From the NCBI GenBank assembly GCA_036172245.1, contig JAYWIR010000015.1:2170001-2234000 (forward strand): a stretch of 64,000 nt of DNA, in the 5' to 3' direction. The translations under genes and the position numbers were made by a program. The notes beneath the pieces were generated by a model. The model saw only the letters and a list, made by a program, of their open reading frames with translations, did no database searches and was not told where the DNA came from. Shown in pieces: positions 31,901-43,900 of the stretch. The stretch is from Raillietiella orientalis (taxonomy: Eukaryota). Within the stretch, counting starts at the first letter, position 1, and each line of letters begins with the position of its first letter.

Positions 31901-34900
31901 CAATCTGTATGGATGAGCTCAAACGAAGGATCACCTTTCTCCTTTGAACCCTTGTCCTTCCTGCTGTCCTTCTTTGCAAAGAGCCCTGAGCCATGCGGCA
32001 CCTTGTCTTTCAACAAAGCACTCTTCCTTTCGCCTTCGCTCGAATCAGCCGCAATGTGGAACACTGAAAGAGAGGACGGTACGAGATGAATGAATGGGTT
32101 CGCGATCAGATACAAGCACACTCGCAGCGTCAGGAAGGCAGAAAGAGAGAGAGAGAAAGGGTAGGGAGAGGAAGTGAACATGTGGTTGCCCTGTAAGGTA
32201 CTACTCCAAGGGATGCACCACCACCTACGCTGCATTAGCAAAGATATCGGTTTTTTTTTTCTTTCTATCTTTTTTTAGAAAGAAGAGAAAGTGGCGACCC
32301 CACGAGGAGATGTTTGCTCTGGACCGAGTGGAGTGATGGCACCTCGATTCATCTTTGCTACTTTCCACGTCCTTTCAGCTCTTTTTTTCTGGTTCGCCAA
32401 GTACTCAGGAAACCTCTGCTTCACCCCATGGGGACGTCGGTGCGGCTCGATAGCGCTGCCACGTGGAGGGTTTACAAGGCTTTTGCTCTCACGCTCGCCC
32501 AATGTGTGTACGTGGGGTGGAGACCCCCAAGGGTGTCCATTCCCAAGTCGCGGCTAGTCGACGGGGCATCTGGCCGCGAGCGGGCCCTACCGATGCGCAC
32601 CCGAAGCCAGAGCCATCCCGACGTCATCTTGCGGGGGGACTCGAGACTCACGGCGCTCCCCAACTCGGCTTCGATCCTCTACGGGAGGATTCGAACTAGA
32701 GGCACTCGGACACTGCGCGCGGACGTCGTGGCCGCCAATGCGGGGAGTTTTTCTCTTGTACCGTTGCGAAGTTCCCGAGTGGCGATTGGATTGCACCGAC
32801 GCGAGTTTTTCTGGTCTTTCCATCGCAACGAAAGCGAAATTTCACGTCCTTTCCCCTCCTCCCGTTTATCGCAGCGGCTCCCAGGCAGAGCTAAGGAGGG
32901 ATGGGTCCTGACAGGAGGAAGCAGACGGGAAGCGGCAAATCGAGAGAATGCGAGTGCTGAATGTCGATGCCACGCTCTGCTCCCCCGGGTTCTGTGTGGC
33001 GCGCGAGCTTGTTTGGCACCCGTTCCTCCCTCCTCCTCTCCACCTGGATGCTCCTCACTTGGACACGTGAGAGCACGTGAGATGACTCAAGTGCTGCATC
33101 ATTTGCGAGACCACCACTTCTTTCCGGCTGCTTGCTTTCGAGGAACTCGGAGGCATCCAATTTACCTTTCTTTCTGTTATCTAATGCTTGCTGCCACAGC
33201 AAGGATACTTTGCTCTGGGAAGCTGTCAAACTCCAACTGTTGCGCAGCACCCGGGCAACCAAGCTGAGTCTGTTTGTCTTGCACGGTTTTTCGGCTGGTG
33301 AATCTGAAACAGGAGGAGGCGGAGGAAGAGTTTCTCAGGGGATTCCCGACCCACGTTTGCTTCCAAGCTCAAGCACGCGAACCTGGAACACCACCGCAGC
33401 CAGCATCTTCCGAGCACATGGCAACGACAGGCAGGAAGACAACGCCTTGTCCTTCCACGCAGCTGCGAACGTGAGAACCGTCGTCCTCCACCTTCAGCTC
33501 GAAGCAAACTTTCGGGTCGCTGGTCGCTACCAAGATGCTGACCGTGCATTTCTCCTTCGCTTCCCTACACTCACAAGTGTGGAGCAGAAATTCTCTGGAA
33601 CGATGGGTGGCCAGAATAAGCGAGCAAGTCTCAATGCAAAGTGAAACTTTCTTCTGCGCTTTGAGCGTGGCGGCCGGATTAGGACCGTGATTTGGGCCGC
33701 TCGTTCTCCAATCGATCCTCAGAGAAAGCCTCGAAAGACTCACGAGTTGCGTGTGCACAACCGAGCAGCGAGGGGAATCGGCTTGCGGAAGCCAGGAGGT
33801 TCATCAATGGCTTTCATGGAGCATCTGCCATCATCATTCGTTCGGATGCTGTGGCAAACATCCACTCCAGTTTCCAGAACTGGATTCAAGGAGTAGCCCT
33901 GAGAATCACGGAGGACCGCATATGGGAGAGAGAAATCGCCTCCCTCAGGGATCGGCCACTCAGGGAAGGAAGGTCCAGACTAGGAAAAGCGCCCGTGGCA
34001 GCTTTTCGACCGGGCGCTTTTCTTGCGAGAGACCGAGGCGCGGAAACTCCCCGAATGGAGGCTTCCTCTACTGTCCCTCCTTTCCCCACCCCACCCCACT
34101 TTCCCGATCTTTCATTTCTTTCTTTTGTATCTCGTCTATCGTTCCCCTTCCTTCCTCCTCGCCCGTTTCACGTTCGTTTCCGTAATGGCAAGGGACCACA
34201 GGAGGGAAACATGCAGACTGGGGCGGCTGCCTCTCCATGTTCGATCGGTGGGGGAGAACCACTTGACTGACCGACCCACTAGGCAGCAAACAAGCCCTTC
34301 AATTGTTTCGGGATCCTTTCCGCCGTTACGGAGCAACTCTTTCTCCGTGTCGCCAAGGTATCATGGCAGTCTCCTGATTCTGTGCGTTGCAATTTTGAAT
34401 GTATCTTCCAGCTCAATTCCCGGACATGATTCGAAATCCTTGGTGGGAAGGCGGGTTCTCGAATCCAGGTCTAGCGACTAGGCCTGCCGACGACCAGAGC
34501 TGCCGCGATCCCTCATACGCCTACGGCGACGGGAACCTGAGGGAACAGTTTCGCCGTAGTGCATGTCCGAGGATAGGTGGACTGCATGTTCAAGTCTCTT
34601 TTCACCGCCACAGGATGTCGGTCGTGGCAAGGATGGTCTTCGCCACGACGTGCCGGTATTCTGGGTAGCGGAAGAAGCGAGAGACCAAGACTGCTCTGGT
34701 CGCTGATTCCACCTACGAATCTCTCGAGTTCCCGCGGAGGAGACTCGAATCCCCGCGGGTCAAAAATCCACGCGTCGCAGCGGCGCAGCAGGATTTGGTT
34801 TTGACCGCCTTTTCTATCTTTTTCTGGTTCTCCTAGTGACGATGGGGATGCGGAGTTCACGAGATTGAAATCCTACGTTCTCTGGAGTTTCCCGCCACCT

Positions 34901-37900
34901 CCCGCACCTTTTGTTATGTAGTGGAAAGCCATGCATCAGTTGGCAGATGAATGGAGATGTCCTTGAAGATCTTACGAGAGTGGGTAGTGCAAAACAGTTA
35001 CCACCTAATGGGAAACCTCTCTTGCGTGCACAGAATCTTCGAACCATCTTCCGTTGGCACATCCTTTATTAAGCGGATTGTGCGCCATCGGAAAAGCTGC
35101 ATGTCCGCAGAAACTGTCAAGTGAAAACCACGAGCAATCTGAGGAAACTCCGGGCAGATTGATCGCATTGTCTGCAGACGCAAGCACGTTTCCACGGAGA
35201 GGTTTGCATTCCTCTCTACAAGGTGGTAGGTAAAGCCGTAAGGCTCCTCAATGCACCAGTTTCCTCCTTTGTTTGTTTTTTTAGAAGACCAGTAGCGACC
35301 TCACGGGTAGATCGCTACTACTGAGGACTAGGATGATGGGAGTACCTTGGGGTTCTCCTGTTCCTCTGTTTTCCTTCCAGTTTTTTTTCCGTTTCGGATT
35401 TTCCTTTTTTTTTTTTTTTTAGTTCTCAAGGACTACGGAAGAACAGTTTGCCCCCTGAAGGGGCTCACAAAACTCTTTTAACCCTGTCCACGCCACCCGA
35501 GGGTGCATCTAGTAACTTTTCAAGTTAGGGGATACCCCGGGAGGGAACCACCCTATAAATCCAAAAAGGACTCCGAAGAAAGAAGTCCGTTCCTTTCACG
35601 ATTGGGAGGGAGCCTGAAGAGAACCTCTGCCTTATCCTCTACAGAAAGACTCCCGGAAAGGATCCGCTCCTGAAATCCCTTTTCCGGAGGGAACCCGCAA
35701 GGGAGCCGCCGCTCCTTGTTTTACTCCTCCGAAGAGGACCCCGAAGGGACGCCTCTAAATTTCTCTGGAGGGCGCTCCCCGAAGGGAGCAACGAGCTTCT
35801 TCACACTCTGGAGAGGCAACCCCCGAGGGGTATCAACCAGCCCATAGTGAGCGACGTCCATTCCCTTCCTTATTCAAGCACAAACCAAGCGTTTGGATGA
35901 AGGCAAGACGGGATCAAGTGCATGCAGCGTGGAACAAGCAGCCAAGGCGATGTTGCCCGGGAACAGCTCCGTTGCTGCACACTCGTGATAGCGATCGCGG
36001 TGTATTCTCTGCTGCCCGGAATGCTCATTACCAAGGGCGCAGATCGTGTCACGTCTTTGAATGTCCACCCGATTCACTTCACTTTGAGTGACGGAGAGGT
36101 TCGTCCATGAGCGCGCATGAGCACAGAGCAGCCAAGAAGCGCGGACAGCACTAGCGAAAAGCAGAACGTAGCTGCCCTACTCCAACCCACGGTTTGCAAA
36201 GGAGACGAAGGGAATGAGGGAGGAATCCTTGTTGAACCTGTGCATGTGGCAGCACAGATAAGGAACGAATGTGAGGGAAGTGAGTGAGGGGCAAGGAGTG
36301 AAGGTGACTCTTTTACTCGAGGCTCTCACAGAACGAACCGACCAAGACTCCCGAGCCTAGAAGAACAAGCAGAGAAAAAAAAAAGATACAGACGAAAAAA
36401 TTGGAGGAGCAGACTCAGAAAAGTCTGCAACGCTTCTTGACAACTTGCCCTACACTGGTATAAAGATTGTCCTACCGAATGGTTTCCTCTGAAGAGTGAC
36501 TGATCTAACATGACCGGCTTCTCAAAAGTCCACTCTGAAGCCAGACCAACCAACAACTACTCCGTCTCCTTTTTTCTCCATATTTGATCTTCACGTAGAG
36601 AAGTAAGGGGGAATGTTTTCCAGCACCAACACTGACGAAGATGAGCAAGCAAGTCCAAATCCACGGAGGAGATCAGGTTTGAGTTTTCACAAGACCAAGA
36701 ACCCGCGAGGGCCGTCTGCAAATGGCTACCAGCCCAACTTTAGTGCTCTGAGCGTTCAGGTGCCACCTGCTGTGGGCCAGACGGGAATGCACAACTGGCA
36801 ACTCTTCTCGATTCTTCTCTCCATGGCTCACAGTCCCCGGAAAACTCGATCTCCAGCGGAGTACGCAATGCACTCTTCGGCGGGAGAAGACCGATGTCGA
36901 ATTCACATCGTTGGATAGGAATGACGAAGAAAGGCCACACAGACGGAAAGAATATCGCAGAATGCATTCACGGGTGGCCGCCGGTCTTACCCGTTCGGCA
37001 AGTTGGCACTTGGTTCATAATCTTTCCACAGGTAAAAACACGATAACAAACTGAGAAATTGAAACAAATCCTGACTGACACACGTGACAAGATCTCTGTA
37101 CTCCGAGAAGGATGCAAACTCAAAGTAAGATCCCTGACTCTTTAGCACATCATCTTTATGCATCGAGAATTCGGACACTCTTTAGCTTCTTAGTTAGTCC
37201 GCGCATCAGCTCTGGTGTCGACAGAAACCAAGATGGTCTGTAGTGCGTGGGTGCTTGCCAGTCACATCATAGTCGTGTCTTTGCTTTCAGAATCGAAAGA
37301 AGAAAGAAAAAAAAAGTCTGTATACTGATATTCTAGCAAACTGCTCTCCACAGCTACTGCTAGAGCTTTGAAATTAGGGACCATAGTGTCCATGTCGTAT
37401 AAACGTGTGTTTATATATATATATATACATACATACACGTTTATCCAACCCATTTACCTCACCCTACGTCATTGTAAAGTTGACGATGGGTAACGGGGAA
37501 AAGTCTGTTCCCATTTGTCTTTTTGTTGCGAGCTGCACAACAGTGGAAGAATATTGGATTGAAGACACGATTTGCATCGAAAGGGCAGAGGGGAAACTCG
37601 GTCTTGCGGAAGGAATGTGCAGGGATTTCATGATACTTACTTGAGGAAGACATTGTCGTCTGTCTCATGATAGTACCAAGGCAGTATCCACATCTGGATG
37701 TCCGTGCCGAGGGACGCGTCGGTGCACTCTTTGAAATACGATACTGGTAAATGATAAGCGGAGAAACATCTGAGTGTCCACTTCGTTCCGTAGCTCTCGT
37801 AGTTGTAGGAAGAGAACCCACTGATGATGCTGTATCCAAGCTTGGGAGGCATCCGTCGCTTTTTCCAGAAGATTTCGGTGTTGCCTACTCACCTGATTTT

Positions 37901-40900
37901 CGGGTATCGACTCGATTATCAGGTTATGCGAGACTTGACCTAAGCACTCCTTAGTGTCGTTGTTAACCAGCCAAAGAGACGCTGAGTCGGGCAGCAACTT
38001 GAACATTTGTCTAGCATTCTGTAAGAGAACTTTGAAATCAAAACTGGAAGGAACTCGAAAATACGTGATCACATTTCGCTCATCTGCGTGGAAAGAATGC
38101 CTAAAGAAGCAGTGTAACGTGCCCCTGGGTTGCTTGGTTTCCATGTACTGACCGGAGAATTCTTTCATGCTAAAGGTGAATCTCATATCTGACGACAAAG
38201 CATGAACCTCACCAAGATGGGGGGAATGTTTCAAGAGATTTCTGAAAGGTATTTGCTGCGTTATTAAGTTTCCGACTATCTGAATTTCGAAACATTTCAC
38301 AACAGTGCGAATACACCGCATCTGTAGGTTCGTTGTCGGTGGAAATCGAGAAGATAAGAGAAGCACGTTGCTGACGCCTTTCGTATTAGTGTATTCATAT
38401 TAGGTATTTTAGATGTGTGCTTAGATAGGGAACACTTTGAATAGTTGCCATAGAATGTCGATGTCTAGTCAGATACTGGGTAAAGCCTAGAAAAGAGCCA
38501 AATTTCTTCTTCCACCGGTAAAATGAAATTCAAGAAAGAGTGAGAACAAAGGTTTGGCGGAACATACGAATGCACCCTTACGCTGTGCTAAACTGCCAGC
38601 TGATAGCTTTACCAAAGAATTCTTAGTAACGAGACAGCAGAATCCCTGCATTTTAAAACAGCTCCTCCTGATTTCATACCTTTCTCCAAAGATGGACGCA
38701 AAAATGGGAAAATCTTGAGAAAGCACAAAGTAGCCATTGAGCTGATCGATTGAGCCGTGAGACCTACGAGCGTTTTCAGTTCTTTTTAGCGACTGCTCTC
38801 TAAAATTGTCCCTCATAGCAGCCTGATAAGTAGCTTCCCTTCAGGAGGCGAAGTTGCCATTGATGCATTGTATGTAACAAAGGTGTTGCATTTCGATAGG
38901 TCGCGAAATGGTGGGAGTATGATGGTGAACCTTCTAAGGATCCGCTCAAGGAAGAAGATGCTTGAGGTGGAGGAGCTGCTCTGCTTTCAACTCCACGCTG
39001 ATCTCGATACCACGTAAGAAACGAGGACGGATGTCATCTCAACTTTGACCTGCTAATGCACAATGCACAAACATATCCGCCCACCACTTCCGGTTTACCC
39101 TCTTGAAGCCACGTGTGACTTATAAAATGGACTATAGAGCTCTCTTATCTAGAGAGCTCTCTTTCCATCAGGATAAAGTGCAGCTTCTAATGCTAAGCTT
39201 GGTCGGCATCATCGAACATTCGTTCAAGCAAAAAAAAAATTAGGTCATTCGTTCTCTGTAGGATCAGCCATTCGTGACAGCTCAAATTCTTCTGGTCACA
39301 TAAGAAAAAAAATTAGCTCGGTTCACAGCAACACAAGTTTCACTCTGCAAAGTATGTGAGTAGCAAATCCCCCCAAAATTTTGGGATAATTTGACATTCC
39401 CACCCTAATATGATCGTTAGTGGATTCTGAGGTCAAGACTGAGGAATCTCTCTCATCTGCTGCCAAAGCGCAATAATACTGTTGGGTAGGATTTCCTGGC
39501 CTGAAGTATCAGTATCAATTCTTGATCTAATGAAAGCAGTCCTAGAGTCCTCTTACGCTTGAACTTTTGGTTGCAGCGCGATTTTTAGACGTTTCAATCT
39601 TCTCTTGAGTTCCTGGTGATGTCACCACTTCTCCAGCAACATCAGAGTGACTCCGTATAGCACGCATGCTCAGATAAGGTACGCGAGAGGAATAGGAGCA
39701 ACTCAAAGTCACAATAGGTGAGCGGTAGCAGGAAGTACACATTCTCCCATCCTACCTTAGAAAGACAACACCAAATGAGTTTTCCTTTGTTGCTATGAAA
39801 CTTGTGATTTTTTCTAGCGATGTTTTCGCCGCTTGTCTCTCTGGGCGGTCTGCTTTATGAGCCAGGTATACTTTTCGGAGAAGTATATTTCGAAAGAAGG
39901 AAGTTATTATTGTGGAAGCTTTCAGGAGTTTGATGTGATGTCCATCTCTATGAAAGCGTGTTCCTTCAAACTCGAGAGTTCGAACGGAACCGAAGCTCTT
40001 TTTAGAGATCAGCCTATACTCACTTGCATATTGAGGGGCGTGGGCGATCCTGAACCACGGAGCTCGGCGTTGTGCACTGCGTTCTCTGAGCAGGGATAAA
40101 TTCATTAGTTTTCCATGGTCCTCTCATTTGAAACTTTCAAGCAATTCTTACTCCTTCACTCGTATTTAGTCAGTTATTCGAAAGAGGAGACTGGAAGGCA
40201 CTATCTTGAACAAAATGCTTACCTTCATAGATGGTGGTCTGTGTTTCACGGTCATGTTTCGATTCAAATCTACATTTGAAAGCATGGTCAAAGAGAAGCT
40301 TTTCTTAACAGAATGCCCACTATCACGGAAAAGCGAACGGCCCATATGCATCCCTTTGAGAACAAAGGGATGCACATGGGCCGCTTTGTATTGGGAATAC
40401 CTTCCCAGTAGTAGAGATGCTTGATGGCTGTTTCATCTCAAAAACGCAAGACAATGCTCAGGTATGATCCTCGAATGTTTTGAAATTATTATCAGTAATG
40501 GTAAGTTCAGAGCACTTATATTCAGACTACGGTGGAACCACAAAGAATAGCTGTGGAAATGCTCTCAGAAATCCTGCAGGGAGTGTTAAACGGGAGGGTG
40601 AAGACAGAATCTCGAAAACGCAAAGCACCACAAATATGACGCGTGCTTGACTAAAAACCACAAAGGCGGCAGTTGTAATGGGACAGACTGTAAAATGTAG
40701 GGATTCCGCCCAATCTTTGTTTAGGCGATGACTTTTCGGTATTTCAGTCTCGGAAGTTTCGAACGTTCGCGAAGATTTATGCGGATTATTGCAATTCACC
40801 CATGCACGGAAGAACGTTGCTGAAATGGAGTTGTGCTTTTTAGAATGGATCCCAACGACAGTGCAGCCAATACAGTACGAATTCGAGTAACTGTATTCAA

Positions 40901-43900
40901 CCCAGCATGTCACTGAGGCGAAGAGATTCTACAGACCACATTAAACAGAACAAAAACGAATCACAGACATATTGGAGAAATGAAAATGACAGGGCGTACG
41001 TGTTTTTATTTCTGGCGTTTTGTAAAGTGTGAAACCAAAATTGCTGAATGACCAAACATGCAAGAAGACAAAAAGCATACCCGATGGTCTTTCGTATGAC
41101 CGAATGAGGTATTTGCAAAAAAAAAAAAAATTAGCGAAAATTTGTACAATTACACTATTGCTGAAGTTCCCTGTAGCATTTTTAAAATAGCATGCAAAGA
41201 CTTTATGAGGGGGTCTGAGTTATCTCTGCTGACGTATCATTCAATAACTTTAATAATTCCTTAACTGAGGATTCCTGCATTAGTTTGCTACTCCAACGGA
41301 TACTTCCAATAATTAGATTTCATGCTTGATTATGAAAAAATGAATAAACTTGTTTTGTTTTGAGCTGCCGATGTGAAAATTCATGTATTTCGAAAAGAAT
41401 TTTTTGTACTTTACTTTGCTCCGCACCGACATTGTTTTTTCGAATGAGTGTTCCTGCATGTGAAATTACTTATTTGCATGAATATCTAAACGACTTTCCT
41501 TGAAAAAATAAAACAAAAACAAAGCGCACAGTTTCCCTTTTCTTCATGATCTGTCTACTCAAGCCTGGAGATATCATCATACTACAATATAATACATTTC
41601 TTCGATCAAGATGCCACCCAATGACTACAGTCAGATAGCTTATCTCTAGAGCTACCTCATTTGAATCCCTTTACGGAGATAGGAAAATTATTCATGCAGA
41701 AAACATGTGTCTCAAAAAAAACAAAAAAAAAAGCAAAAAAGAAGCGCTTTCTGTTGACTGTTTTTCTTTTTCTCTCCCTCTCTCGAGATGTGCTTCAAAA
41801 TAGAATATAGGGAAAGAAAAAATCTCACCTCAGGATCCAGAAGAAAACACCTGATACCAAACAACAGCGACCCAAACGTTTCTTGGTTAACAACTTCACA
41901 AATGGAACTGTATAGTGCTTTCTTTAGAGCGAGGAAAGTGCTTTCTTGGGGATAAAACCCTTCGGAGGTTTTCGAGTGATCTGCAATTGGATTAATCACA
42001 TGAAGAAGTTTCTTCCATTCTTGTCTGTATAGATCCGTCTCTTCGAAAGCTCTCAAGGTTTGCAAAAGTTGATTTACCAGGATATCTTTATAAGATGATA
42101 GAAAGGTTCCTTTGTAGAAACCTTACCTGAAGTAGAAACAAAGTGCATGCTAGGAGCAGACATTTTCGAATGTATAAATTCTTCTGAGCCGTGATAGAAG
42201 GTTTGCTTTGAAAACACATGGCAAACGTAGCCAAAAGGGGAACTCGCTTTGAACCGGTAAACATGGCGTCTGCAAGTAAAACATACACACATGCACTGCA
42301 TGTCGTTACCTAATTTGTAATAGTAAAATCTTCTAAAGCAAAATATATCTTCTTTATGCATATATAGATAGATGAGAGATGCAAACAGATATGTAGATGG
42401 ATAGATGTATGTAGATGTGAGTATGTATGTGTGTTGATAGATTCAAGCATCAATAGCGTTCATAAAATAAGAATAAATGATCTCTTAGCCACTCTTGACG
42501 TTACTTTTAAAGTCATTCCATTCTGAAAACTATTCAGTTCTTTAAAATCGCATCTCCTGAAATGCATGACAGTAGCAGAATCCTCATCACGACACAATAC
42601 TTCTTGATGTTTAGTGGATTCTCAAACAAGCGTTTGCTGTCAATTCATGCTTTTGATTCTCATTTCGTGTCTTTACAACGCTCGGTCACAACTCCAAAGT
42701 GCATTTTATGATCCCTAGCGATCTGCATTGCATAACAAAATGCTGGAGACTGACAAAAGCTCAAGCAGCGAGAGGACGGATTGCCTATGAATTATTTTCC
42801 CTTCAAAGGTGAAAACCGCGGTTCGGCAACGAATCATGAAACATGAGAAAGATCTAATCTTATATCAGAGCGACGGACGATTTGTATTCAATGATTATTA
42901 CATTCAATCTACCTTTCTCAAATAAATTTACAATCAAATCCTGTTTCAATATAAAATTACATGTACACATCCAAACTTAAAATATCGTAGCTCACTAATA
43001 TTCCTTTTCATGCTGCATCTTGATTAAAACTTTTAATTACTCTTTATTAAGAAAATTAATTACTCTTAAATAATCAAATCAACGATAGATTGCACAAGTC
43101 CACGTCCTCTTTGTTTGGAGGTTCCCAATGCTCATCGAGAATACGCAATGTCCTCAGGTAAGAAAGTACAAGAATCAGTAGCGAAAATCGTATATTGGTA
43201 TCGATATTTTTGTTGTTGCTGTTGCAATCATAAGCTTGGACCCTGTCTCGGCTTTTGGATCACCATTAGCCCCATCAGCTGCTTGGAATTGTTATAGCAA
43301 TCATGCAATATCCCTAGAAGTAAATCATCCGTGAGGTGGTGTTTTATGTTTAAAAAATTCGAGAAAACGGCATCATCTGGAATTTTTTTTTGAGTAAAAA
43401 AACCAGGAAGACATGATCAAGAATCAATTCGTGTTATTAGCAGATATAAATGAGGCCTTCTTTTGATTCTGCACAAAAAACAACAACTGGCTTCCACGAG
43501 CAAAGCTCGGCAGAACGTGGTGGTCGTGTTGAAAAAACCCTTGCAGCGAGGAGATAAGTGAAACAAGGCAACACTTGGCTGCAACTTTTTTACCGTGAGA
43601 CTGACATTACCGAGCCTACTGACACCCGCAAGATTTTCAGATCAGCAGCCGAATCGGAATCTATGACGACTGATTCCCCTACTCGAATGCCATCATGGTT
43701 TCGAAGAAAGCGACTTCACAAAGATGCGATCAGCTGAGCGTGAACTATGTAATTAGCAGGATTGTTTCCTCTAGAAATGGTGTTGTCGATATAGAGGCAA
43801 GAGGACTTGGAAGTGCTCGTGTGGCGAGCCTGTTGCTCACTTGAATGATCAGTGCGAACGATATAAATACTGCTTTATAGGAAGAAGTTAAGCGTTGTGA

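Noticed and set aside
32314..33267. 317-aa + strand ORF
   Set aside because: Arg/Ser-rich, no domain recognised, and overlaps an ADGB exon in antisense.
17705..35860. Inverted repeat copies 1 and 2 as TIRs of one ~18 kb transposon or integrated virus carrying the GC-rich block
   Set aside because: Collinear ADGB exons run across the right-hand copy, the copies are diverged, a third copy exists at 45 kb, and no transposase, polymerase or capsid ORF is visible.
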